A stretch of DNA of 64,000 nucleotides, taken from the NCBI GenBank assembly GCA_964016885.1, contig OZ024744.1:115382001-115446000 (forward strand), read 5' to 3'. The notes beneath the pieces were generated by a model, which was not told the DNA's origin, did not search any database, and saw only the letters and a program-made list of their open reading frames with translations. How positions within the stretch are numbered: the first letter of the stretch is position 1; each line of letters opens with the position of its first letter. A program made the position numbers and the translations under genes. Source of the stretch: Eledone cirrhosa (taxonomy: Eukaryota). Below, piece after piece: positions 13,201 to 27,500 of this stretch.

Positions 13201-16200
13201 CTCACCAGTCTCTATATAACCTCTACATTAACTACCCATGTCTCACTTCCATGTAACATTACATCACAGGGCCATTGAAACATGTTAGCTTCATTTCTCT
13301 CCAGTCTCTATATAACCTCTACATTAACTACCCATGTCTCACTACCATGTAACATTACATCACATGTCCATTGAAACATGCTAGCTTCATTTCTCTTCAG
13401 TCTCTATATAACCTCTACATTAACTACCAATGTCTCACTACCATGTAACACTACATCAGATATCCATTGAAACATGTTAGTTTCATTTCTCTCCAGTCTC
13501 TATATAACCTCTACATTAACTACCAACGTCTCACAACCATGTAACATTACATTACAGGGCCATTGAAACACGCTAGCTTCATTTCTCTCCAGTCTCTATA
13601 TAACCTCTACAGTAACTACCCATGTCTCACTACCATGTAACATTACATCAGATGTCCATTGAAACATGCTAGCTTCATGTCTCTCCAGTCTCTATATAAC
13701 CTCTACATTAACTACCCATGTCTCACTACCATGTAACATTACATCAGATGTCCATTGAAACATGCTACCTTCATGTCTCTCCAGTCTATATATAACCTCT
13801 ACATTAACTACCCATGTCTCACTACCATGTAACATTACATCAGATGTCCATTGAAACATGCTAGCTTCATTTCTCTCCAGTCTCTATATAACCTATACAG
13901 TAACTACCCATGTCTCACTACCATGTAACATTACATTACAGGGCCATTGAAACACGCTAGCTTCATTTCTCACCAGTCTCTATATAACCTCTACATTAAC
14001 TACCCATGTCTCACTACCATGTAACATTACATCAGATGTCTATTGAAACACGCTAGCTTCATTTCTCCAGTCTCTATATAACCTCTACATTAACTACCCA
14101 TGTCTCACTACCATGTAACATTACATCAGATGTCTATTGAAACATGCTAGCTTCATGTCTCTCCAGTCTCTATATAACCTCTACATTAACTACCCATGTC
14201 TCACTACCATGTAACATTACATCAGATGTCCATTGAAACATGCTAGCTTCATTTCTCCACAGTCTCTATATAACCTCTACATTAACTACCCATGTCTCAC
14301 TACCATGTAACATTACATCAGATGTCCATTGAAACATGCTAGCTTCATGTCTCTCTCGTCTCTATATAACCTCTACATTAACTACCCATGTCTCACTACC
14401 ATGTAATATTACATCACAGGGCCATTGAAACATGCTAGCTTCATGTCTCTCCAGTCTCTATATAACCTCTACATTAACTACCCATGTCTCACTACCATGT
14501 AACATTACATCACAGGGCCATTGAAACATGCTAGCTTCATGTCTCTCCAGTCTCTATATAACCTCTACATTAACTACCCATGTCTCACTACCATGTAACA
14601 CTACATCAGATGTCCATTGAAACATGCTAGCCTCATTTCTCTCCAGTCTCTATATAACCTCTACATTAACTACCCATGTCTCACTACCATGTAACATTAC
14701 ATCAGATGTCCATTGAAACATGCTAGCTTCATTTCTCTCCAGTCTCTATATAACCTCTACATTAACTACCCATGACTCACTACCATGTAACATTACATCA
14801 GATGTCCATTGAAACATGTTAGCTTCATTTCTCTCCAGTCTCTATATAACCTTTACATTAACTACCCATGTCTCACTACCATGTAACATTACATCACAGG
14901 GCCATTGAAACATGCTAGCTTCATGTCTCTCCAGTCTCTATATAACCTCTACATTAACTACCCATGTCTCACTACCATGTAACACTACATCAGATGTCCA
15001 TTGAAACATGCTAGCCTCATTTCTCTCCAGTCTCTATATAACCTCTACATTAACTACCCATGTCTCACTACCATGTAACATTACATCAGATGTCCATTGA
15101 AACATGCTAGCTTCATTTCTCTCCAGTCTCTATATAACCTCTACATTAACTACCCATGACTCACTACCATGTAACATTACATCAGATGTCCATTGAAACA
15201 TGCTAGCCTCATTTCTCTCCAGTCTCTATATAACCTCTACATTAACTACCCATGTCTCACTACCATGTAACATTACATCAGATGTCTATTGAAACATGCT
15301 AGCTTCATGTCTCTCCAGTCTCTATATAACCTCTACATTAACTACCCATGTCTCACTATCATGTAACATTACATCAGATGTCCATTGAAACATGTTAGCT
15401 TCATTTCTCTCCAGTCTCTATATAACCTATACATTAACTACCCATATCTCACTACCATGTAACACTACATCAGATGTCCATTGAAACATGCTAGCTTCAT
15501 TTCTCTCCAGTCTCTATATAACCTATACATTAACTACCCATGTCTCACTACCATGTAACATTACATCAGATGTCCATTGAAACATACTAGCTTCATGTCT
15601 CTCCAGTCTCTATATAACCTCTACGTTAACTACCATGTCTCACTACCATGTAACATTACATCAGATGTCCATTGAAACATGTTAGCTTCATTTCTCTCCG
15701 TCATTATATAACCTCTACATTAACTAACCATGTCTCACTACCATGTAACATTACATCAGATGTCCATTGAAACATGCTAGCTTCATGTCTCTCCAGTCTC
15801 TATATAACCTCTACATTAACTACCCATGTCTCACTACCATGTAACATTACATCAGATGTCCATTGAAACATAGTAGCTTCATTTCTCACCAGTCTCTATA
15901 TAACCTCTACATTAACTACCCATGTCTCACTTCCATGTAACATTACATCACAGGGCCATTGAAACATGTTAGCTTCATTTCTCTCCAGTCTCTATATAAC
16001 CTCTACATTAACTACCCATGTCTCACTACCATGTAACATTACATCACATGTCCATTGAAACATGCTAGCTTCATTTCTCTTCAGTCTCTATATAACCTCT
16101 ACATTAACTACCCATGTCTCACTACCATGTAACACTACATCAGATATCCATTGAAACATGTTAGTTTCATTTCTCTCCAGTCTCTATATAACCTCTACAT

Positions 16201-17600
16201 TAACTACCAACGTCTCACAACCATGTAACATTACATTACAGGGCCATTGAAACACGCTAGCTTCATTTCTCTCCAGTCTCTATATAACCTCTACAGTAAC
16301 TACCCATGTCTCACTACCATGTAACATTACATCAGATGTCCATTGAAACATGCTAGCTTCATGTCTCTCCAGTCTCTATATAACCTCTACATTAACTACC
16401 CATGTCTCACTACCATGTAACATTACATCAGATGTCCATTGAAACATGCTACCTTCATGTCTCTCCAGTCTATATATAACCTCTACATTAACTACCCATG
16501 TCTCACTACCATGTAACATTACATCAGATGTCCATTGAAACATGCTAGCTTCATTTCTCTCCAGTCTCTATATAACCTCTACAGTAACTACCCATGTCTC
16601 ACTACCATGTAACATTACATTACAGGGCCATTGAAACACGCTAGCTTCATTTCTCACCAGTCTCTATATAACCTCTACATTAACTACCCATGTCTCACTA
16701 CCATGTAACATTACATCAGATGTCTATTGAAACACGCTAGCTTCATTTCTCCAGTCTCTATATAACCTCTACATTAACTACCCATGTCTCACTACCATGT
16801 AACATTACATCAGATGTCTATTGAAACATGCTAGCTTCATGTCTCTCCAGTCTCTATATAACCTCTACATTAACTACCCATGTCTCACTACCATGTAACA
16901 TTACATCAGATGTCCATTGAAACATGCTAGCTTCATTTCTCCACAGTCTCTATATAACCTCTACATTAACTACCCATGTCTCACTACAATGTAACATTAC
17001 ATCAGATGTCCATTGAAACATGCTAGCTTCATGTCTCTCTCGTCTCTATATAACCTCTACATTAACTACCCATGTCTCACTACCATGTAATATTACATCA
17101 CAGGGCCATTGAAACATGCTAGCTTCATGTCTCTCCAGTCTCTATATAACCTCTACATTAACTACCCATGTCTCACTACCATGTAACATTACATCACAGG
17201 GCCATTGAAACATGCTAGCTTCATGTCTCTCCAGTCTCTATATAACCTCTACATTAACTACCCATGTCTCACTACCATGTAACACTACATCAGATGTCCA
17301 TTGAAACATGCTAGCCTCATTTCTCTCCAGTCTCTATATAACCTCTACATTAACTACCCATGTCTCACTACCATGTAACATTACATCAGATGTCCATTGA
17401 AACATGCTAGCTTCATTTCTCTCCAGTCTCTATATAACCTCTACATTAACTACCCATGACTCACTACCATGTAACATTACATCAGATGTCCATTGAAACA
17501 TGTTAGCTTCATTTCTCTCAAGTCTCTATATAACCTCTACATTAACTACCCATGTCTCACTATCATGTAACATTACATCAGATGTCCATTGAAACATGCT
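10300..17600. repeat. Three related higher-order blocks with spacings of 2109 bp (22-mer) and 2684 bp (28-mer)
   Basis: Marker cgttaactaccatg at 10831, 12940 and 15624, each followed by the same ordered variants (ctccgtc, tagtagc, cacttcc, gatatcc, accaacg). Confidence 0.85.
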
Positions 17601-18800
17601 AGCTTCATGTCTCTCCAGTCTCTATATAACCTCTACATTAACTACCCATGTCTCACTACCATGTAACATTACATCAGATGTCCATTGAAACATGCTAGCT
17701 TCATTTCTCTCCAGTCTCTATATAACCTCTACAGTAACTACCCATGTCTCACTACCATGTAACATTACATTACAGGGCCATTGAAACACGCTAGCTTCAT
17801 TTCTCACCAGTCTCTATATAACCTCTACATTAACTACCCATGTCTCACTACCATGTAACATTACATCAGATGTCTATTGAAACACGCTAGCTTCATTTCT
17901 CCAGTCTCTATATAACCTCTACATTAACTACCCATGTCTCACTACCATGTAACATTACATCAGATGTCTATTGAAACATGCTAGCTTCATGTCTCTCCAG
18001 TCTCTATATAACCTCTACATTAACTACCCATGTCTCACTACCATGTAACATTACATCAGATGTCCATTGAAACATGCTAGCTTCATTTCTCCACAGTCTC
18101 TATATAACCTCTACATTAACTACCCATGTCTCACTACCATGTAACATTACATCAGATGTCCATTGAAACATGCTAGCTTCATGTCTCTCTCGTCTCTATA
18201 TAACCTCTACATTAACTACCCATGTCTCACTACCATGTAATATTACATCACAGGGCCATTGAAACATGCTAGCTTCATGTCTCTCCAGTCTCTATATAAC
18301 CTCTACATTAACTACCCATGTCTCACTACCATGTAACATTACATCACAGGGCCATTGAAACATGCTAGCTTCATGTCTCTCCAGTCTCTATATAACCTCT
18401 ACATTAACTACCCATGTCTCACTACCATGTAACACTACATCAGATGTCCATTGAAACATGCTAGCCTCATTTCTCTCCAGTCTCTATATAACCTCTACAT
18501 TAACTACCCATGTCTCACTACCATGTAACATTACATCAGATGTCCATTGAAACATGCTAGCTTCATTTCTCTCCAGTCTCTATATAACCTCTACATTAAC
18601 TACCCATGACTCACTACCATGTAACATTACATCAGATGTCCATTGAAACATGTTAGCTTCATTTCTCTCAAGTCTCTATATAACCTCTACATTAACTACC
18701 CATGTCTCACTATCATGTAACATTACATCAGATGTCCATTGAAACATGCTAGCTTCATGTCTCTCCAGTCTCTATATAACCTCTACATTAACTACCCATG
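16500..18800. repeat. Tandem 1150-bp (12-mer) duplication
   Basis: The 2-bp deletion monomer (cacgctagcttcatttctccag) near 16741 and 17891, and catgactc near 17455 and 18605, share a 1150-bp offset. Confidence 0.85.
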
Positions 18801-21534
18801 TCTCACTACCATGTAACATTACATCAAATGTCCATTGAAACATGTTAGCTTCATTTCTCTCCAGTCTCTATATAACCTCTACATTAACTACCCATGTCTC
18901 ACTACCATGTAACATTACATCACATGTCCATTCAAACATGCTAGCTTCATTTCTCTTCAGTCTCTATATAACCTCTACATTAACTACCCATGTCTCACTA
19001 CCATGTAACACTACATCAGATGTCCATTGAAACATGTTAGTTTCATTTCTCTCCAGTCTCTATATAACCTCTACATTAACTACCAATGTCTCACTACCAT
19101 GTAACATTACATTACAGGGCCGTTGAAACATGCTAGCTTCATTTCTCTCCAGTCTCTATATAACCTCTACAGTAACTACCCATGTCTCACTACCATGTAA
19201 CATTACATCAGATGTCCATTGAAACATGCTAGCTTCATGTCTCTCCAGTCTCTATATAACCTCTACATTAACTACCCATGTCTCACTACCATGTAACATT
19301 ACATCAGATGTCCATTGAAACATGCTAGCTTCATGTCTCTCCAGTCTATATATAACCTCTACATTAACTACCCATGTCTCACTACCATGTAACATTACAT
19401 CAGATGTCCATTGAAACATGCTAGCTTCATTTCTCTCCAGTCTCTATATAACCTCTACAGTAACTACCCATGTCACACTACCATGTAACATTACATCACA
19501 GGGCCATTGAAACACGCTAGCTTCATTTCTCACCAGTCTCTATATAACCTCTACATTAACTACCCATGTCTCACTACCATGTAACATTACATCACAGGGC
19601 CATTGAAACATGCTAGCTTCATGTCTCTCCAGTCTCTATATAACCTCTACATTAACTACCCATGTCTCACTACCATGTAACATTACATCAGATGTCTATT
19701 GAAACACGCTAGCTTCATTTCTCCAGTCTCTATATAACCTCTACATTAACTACCCATGTCTCACTACCATGTAACATTACATCAGATGTCTATTGAAACA
19801 TGCTAGCTTCATGTCTCTCCAGTCTCTATATAACCTCTACATTAACTACCCATGTCTCACTACCATGTAACATTACATCAGATGTCCATTGAAACATGCT
19901 AGCTTCATTTCTCTCCAGTCTCTATATAACCTCTACAGTAACTACCCATGTCTCACTACCATGTAACATTACATCACAGGGCCATTGAAACACGCTAGCT
20001 TCATTTCTCACTACTCTCTATATAACCTCTACATTAACTACCCATGTCTCACTACCATGTAACATTACATCAGATGTCTATTGAAACATGCTAGCTTCAT
20101 GTCTCTCCAGTCTCTATATAACCTCTACATTAACTACCCATGTCTCACTACCATGTAACATTACATCAGATGTCCATTGAAACATGCTAGCTTCATTTCT
20201 CTCCAGTCTCTATATAACCTCTACATTAACTACCCATGTCTCACTACCATGTAACACTACATCGGATGACCATGTAACATGCTAGCTTCATGTCTCTCCA
20301 GTCTCTATATAACCTCTACATTAACTACCCATGTCTCACTACCATGTAACACTACATCAGATGTCCATTGAAACATGCTAGCCTCATTTCTCTCCAGTCT
20401 CTATATAACCTCTACATTAACTACCCACGTCTCACTACCATGTAACATTACATCAGATGTCCATTGAAACATGCTAGCTTCATTTCTCTCCAGTCTCTAT
20501 ATAACCTCTACATTAACTACCCATGACTCACTACCATGTAACATTACATCAGATGTCCATTGAAACATGTTAGCTTCATTTCTCTCAAGTCTCTATATAA
20601 CCTCTACATTAACTACCCATGTCTCACTATCATGTAACATTACATCAGATGTCCATTGAAACATGCTAGCTTCATGTCTCTCCAGTCTCTATATAACCTC
20701 TACATTAACTACCCATGTCTCACTACCATGTAACATTACATCAAATGTCCATTGAAACATGTTAGCTTCATTTCTCTCCAGTCTCTATATAACCTCCACA
20801 TTAACTACCCATGTCTCACTACCATGTAACACTACATCAGATGTCCATTGAAACATGCTAGCTTCATTTCTCTCCAGTCTCTATATAACCTCTATATTAA
20901 CTACCCATGTCTCACGACCATGTAACACTACATCGGATGACCATGTAACATGCTAGCTTCATTTCTCTCCAGTCTCTATATAACCTCTATATTAACTACC
21001 CATGTCTCACTACCATGTAACACTAAATCAGATGTCCATTGAAACATGCTAGCTTCATTTCTCTCCAGTCTCTATATAACCTATACATTAACTACCCATG
21101 TCTCACTACCATGTAACATTACATCAGATGTCCATTGAAACATACTAGCTTCATGTCTCTCCAGTCTCTATATAACCTCTACGTTAACTACCATGTCTCA
21201 CTACCATGTAACATTACATCAGGTGTCCATTGAAACATGTTAGCTTCATTTCTCTCCGTCTTTATATAACCTCTACATTAACTAACCATGTCTCACTACC
21301 ATGTAACATTACATCAGATGTCCATTGAAACATGCTAGCTTCATGTCTCTCCAGTCTCTATATAACCTCTACATTAACTACCCATGTCTCACTACCATGT
21401 AACATTACATCAGATGTCCATTGAAACATAGTAGCTTCATTTCTCACCAGTCTCTATATAACCTCTACATTAACTACCCATGTCTCACTTCCATGTAACA
21501 TTACATCACAGGGCCATTGAAACATGTTAGCTTC

Positions 21535-24500
21535 ATTTCTCTCCAGTCTCTATATAACCTCTACATTAACTACCCATGTCTCACTACCATGTAACATTAC
21601 ATCACATGTCCATTGAAACATGCTAGCTTCATTTCTCTTCAGTCTCTATATAACCTCTACATTAACTACCCATGTCTCACTACCATGTAACACTACATCA
21701 GATGTCCATTGAAACATGTTAGTTTCATTTCTCTCCAGTCTCTATATAACCTCTACATTAACTACCAATGTCTCACTACCATGTAACATTACATTACAGG
21801 GCCATTGAAACACGCTAGCTTCATTTCTCTCCAGTCTCTATATAACCTCTACAGTAACTACCCATGTCTCACTACCATGTAACATTACATCAGATGTCCA
21901 TTGAAACATGCTAGCTTCATGTCTCTCCAGTCTCTATATAACCTCTACATTAACTACCCATGTCTCACTACCATGTAACATTACATCAGATGTCCATTGA
22001 AACATGCTACCTTCATGTCTCTCCAGTCTATATATAACCTCTACATTAACTACCCATGTCTCACTACCCTGTAACATTACATCAGATGTCCATTGAAACA
22101 TGCTAGCTTCATTTCTCTCCAGTCTCTATATAACCTCTACAGTAACTACCCATGTCTCACTACCATGTAACATTACATCACAGGGCCATTGAAACACGCT
22201 AGCTTCATTTCTCACCAGTCTCTATATAACCTCTACATTAACTACCCATGTCTCACTACCATGTAACATTACATCAGATGTCTATTGAAACACGCTAGCT
22301 TCATTTCTCCAGTCTCTATATAACCTCTACATTAACTACCCATGTCTCACTACCATGTAACATTACATCAGATGTCTATTGAAACATGCTAGCTTCATGT
22401 CTCTCCAGTCTCTATATAACCTCTACATTAACTACCCATGTCTCACTACCATGTAACATTACATCAGATGTCCATTGAAACATGCTAGCTTCATTTCTCC
22501 ACAGTCTCTATATAACCTCTACATTAACTACCCATGTCTCACTACCATGTAACATTACATCAGATGTCCATTGAAACTTGCTAGCTTCATGTCTCTCTCG
22601 TCTCTATATAACCTCTACATTAACTACCCATGTCTCACTACCATGTAATATTACATCACAGGGCCATTGAAACATGCTAGCTTCATGTCTCTCCAGTCTC
22701 TATATAACCTCTACATTAACTACCCATGTCTCACTACCATGTAACATTACATCACAGGGCCATTGAAACATGCTAGCTTCATGTCTCTCCAGTCTCTATA
22801 TAACCTCTACATTAACTACCCATGTCTCACTACCATGTAACACTACATCAGATGTCCATTGAAACATGCTAGCCTCATTTCTCTCCAGTCTCTATATAAC
22901 CTCTACATTAACTACCCATGTCTCACTACCATGTAACATTACATCAGATGTCCATTGAAACATGCTAGCTTCATTTCTCTCCAGTCTCTATATAACCTCT
23001 ACATTAACTACCCATGACTCACTACCATGTAACATTACATCAGATGTCCATTGAAACATGTTAGCTTCATTTCTCTCAAGTCTCTATATAACCTCTACAT
23101 TAACTACCCATGTCTCACTATCATGTAACATTACATCAGATGTCCATTGAAACATGCTAGCTTCATGTCTCTCCAGTCTCTATATAACCTCTACATTAAC
23201 TACCCATGTCTCACTACCATGTAACATTACATCAAATGTCCATTGAAACATGTTAGCTTCATTTCTCTCCAGTCTCTATATAACCTCTACATTAACTACC
23301 CATGTCTCACTACCATGTAACATTACATCACATGTCCATTCAAACATGCTAGCTTCATTTCTCTTCAGTCTCTATATAACCTCTACATTAACTACCCATG
23401 TCTCACTACCATGTAACACTACATCAGATGTCCATTGAAACATGTTAGTTTCATTTCTCTCCAGTCTCTATAAAACCTCTACATTAACTACCAATGTCTC
23501 ACTACCATGTAACATTACATTACAGGGCCGTTGAAACACGCTAGCTTCATTTCTCTCCAGTCTCTATATAACCTCTACAGTAACTACCCATGTCTCACTA
23601 CCATGTAACATTACATCAGATGTCCATTGAAACATGCTAGCTTCATGTCTCTCCAGTCTCTATATAACCTCTACATTAACTACCCATGTCTCACTACCAT
23701 GTAACATTACATCAGATGTCCATTGAAACATGCTAGCTTCATGTCTCTCCAGTCTATATATAACCTCTACATTAACTACCCATGTCTCACTACCATGTAA
23801 CATTACATCAGATGTCCATTGAAACATGCTAGCTTCATTTCTCTCCAGTCTCTATATAACCTCTACAGTAACTACCCATGTCACACTACCATGTAACATT
23901 ACATCACAGGGCCATTAAAACACGCTAGCTTCATGTCTCTCCAGTCTCTATATAACCTCTACATTAACTACCCATGTCTCACTACCATGTAACATTACAT
24001 CAGATGTCTATTGAAACACGCTAGCTTCATTTCTCCAGTCTCTATATAACCTCTACATTAACTACCCATGTCTCACTACCATGTAACATTACATCAGATG
24101 TCTATTGAAACATGCTAGCTTCATGTCTCTCCAGTCTCTATATAACCTCTACATTAACTACCCATGTCTCACTACCATGTAACATTACATCAGATGTCCA
24201 TTGAAACATGCTAGCTTCATTTCTCTCCAGTCTCTATATAACCTCTACAGTAACTACCCATGTCTCACTACCATGTAACATTACATCACAGGGCCATTGA
24301 AACACGCTAGCTTCATTTCTCACCACTCTCTATATAACCTCTACATTAACTACCCATGTCTCACTACCATGTAACATTACATCAGATGTCTATTGAAACA
24401 TGCTAGCTTCATGTCTCTCCAGTCTCTATATAACCTCTACATTAACTACCCATGTCTCACTACCATGTAACATTACATCAGATGTCCATTGAAACATGCT

Positions 24501-27500
24501 AGCTTCATTTCTCTCCAGTCTCTATATAACCTCTACATTAACTACCCATGTCTCACTACCATGTAACACTACATCGGATGACCATGTAACATGCTAGCTT
24601 CATGTCTCTCCAGTCTCTATATAACCTCTACATTAACTACCCATGTCTCACTACCATGTAACACTACATCAGATGTCCATTGAAACATGCTAGCCTCATT
24701 TCTCTCCAGTCTCTATATAACCTCTACATTAACTACCCACGTCTCACTACCATGTAACATTACATCAGATGTCCATTGAAACATGCTAGCTTCATTTCTC
24801 TCCAGTCTCTATATAACCTCTACATTAACTACCCATGACTCACTACCATGTAACATTACATCAGATGTCCATTGAAACATGTTAGCTTCATTTCTCTCAA
24901 GTCTCTATATAACCTCTACATTAACTACCCATGTCTCACTATCATGTAACATTACATCAGATGTCCATTGAAACATGCTAGCTTCATGTCTCTCCAGTCT
25001 CTATATAACCTCTACATTAACTACCCATGTCTCACTACCATGTAACACTAAATCAGATGTCCATTGAAACATGCTAGCTTCATTTCTCTCCAGTCTCTAT
25101 ATAACCTCTACATTAACTACCCATGTCTCACTACCATGTAACACTACATCAGATGTCCATTGAAACATGCTAGCTTCATTTCTCTCCAGTCTCTATATAA
25201 CCTCTATATTAACTACCCATGTCTCACTACCATGTAACACTACATCGGATGACCATGTAACATGCTAGCTTCATTTCTCTCCGTCTTTATATAACCTCTA
25301 CATTAACTAACCATGTCTCACTACCATGTAACATTACATCAGATGTCCATTGAAACATGCTAGCTTCATGTCTCTCCAGTCTCTATATAACCTCTACATT
25401 AACTACCCATGTCTCACTACCATGTAACATTACATCAGATGTCCATTGAAACATAGTAGCTTCATTTCTCACCAGTCTCTATATAACCTCTACATTAACT
25501 ACCCATGTCTCACTTCCATGTAACATTACATCACAGGGCCATTGAAACATGTTAGCTTCATTTCTCTCCAGTCTCTATATAACCTCTACATTAACTACCC
25601 ATGTCTCACTACCATGTAACATTACATCACATGTCCATTGAAACATGCTAGCTTCATTTCTCTTCAGTCTCTATATAACCTCTACATTAACTACCCATGT
25701 CTCACTACCATGTAACACTACATCAGATGTCCATTGAAACATGTTAGTTTCATTTCTCTCCAGTCTCTATATAACCTCTACATTAACTACCAATGTCTCA
25801 CTACCATGTAACATTACATTACAGGGCCATTGAAACACGCTAGCTTCATTTCTCTCCAGTCTCTATATAACCTCTACAGTAACTACCCATGTCTCACTAC
25901 CATGTAACATTACATCAGATGTCCATTGAAACATGCTAGCTTCATGTCTCTCCAGTCTCTATATAACCTCTACATTAACTACCCATGTCTCACTACCATG
26001 TAACATTACATCAGATGTCTATTGAAACATGCTAGCTTCATGTCTCTCCAGTCTCTATATAACCTCTACATTAACTACCCATGTCTCACTACCATGTAAC
26101 ATTACATCAGATGTCCATTGAAACATGCTAGCTTCATTTCTCTCCAGTTTCTATATAACCTCTACAGTAACTACCCATGTCTCACTACCATGTAACATTA
26201 CATCACAGGGCCATTGAAACACGCTAGCTTCATTTCTCACCAGTCTCTATATAACCTCTACATTAACTACCCATGTCTCACTACCATGTAACATTACATC
26301 ACAGGGCCATTGAAACATGCTAGCTTCATGTCTCTCCAGTCTCTATATAACCTATACATTAACTACCCATGTCTCACTACCATGTAACATTACATCAGAT
26401 GTCTATTGAAACACGCTAGCTTCATTTCTCCAGTCTCTATATAACCTCTACATTAACTACCCATGTCTCACTACCATGTAACATTACATCAGATGTCTAT
26501 TGAAACATGCTAGCTTCATGTCTCTCCAGTCTCTATATAACCTCTACATTAACTACCCATGTCTCACTACCATGTAACATTACATCAGATGTCCATTGAA
26601 ACATGCTAGCTTCATTTCTCCACAGTCTCTATATAACCTCTACATTAACTACCCATGCCTCACTACCATGTAACATTACATCAGATGTCCATTGAAACAT
26701 GCTAGCTTCATGTCTCTCTCGTCTCTATATAACCTCTACATTAACTACCCATGTCTCACTACCATGTAATATTACATCACAGGGCCATTGAAACATGCTA
26801 GCTTCATGTCTCTCCAGTCTCTATATAACCTCTACATTAACTACCCATGTCTCACTACCATGTAACATTACATCACAGGGCCATTGAAACATGCTAGCTT
26901 CATTTCTCTCCAATCTCTATATAACCTCTACATTAACTACCCATGTCTCACTACCATGTAACAATACATCACAGGGCCATTGAAACATGTTAGCTTCATT
27001 TCTCTCCAGTCTCTCTATAACCTCTACATTAACTACCCATGTCTCACTACCATGTAACATTATGTTACAGGTCCATTGAAACATGCTAGCTTCATTTCTC
27101 TCCAGTCTCTATATAACCTCTACATTAACTACCCATGTCTCTCTACCATGTAACATTACATCACATGTCCATTGAAACAGGCTAGCTTCATTTCTCTCCA
27201 GTCTCTATATAACCTCTACAGTAACTACCCATGTCTCACTACCATGTAACATTACATAATATGTCCATTGAAACATGCTAGCTTCATATCTCTCCAGTCT
27301 CTATATAACCTCTACATTAACTACCCATATCTCACTACCATGTTACATTACATTAAATGTCCATTGAAACATGCTAGCTTCATTTCTCTCCAGTCTCTAT
27401 ATAACCTCTATATTAACTACACATGTCTCACTCCCATGTAACATTACATCAGATGTCCATTGAAACATGCTAGCTTCATTTCTCTCCAGTCTCTATATAA

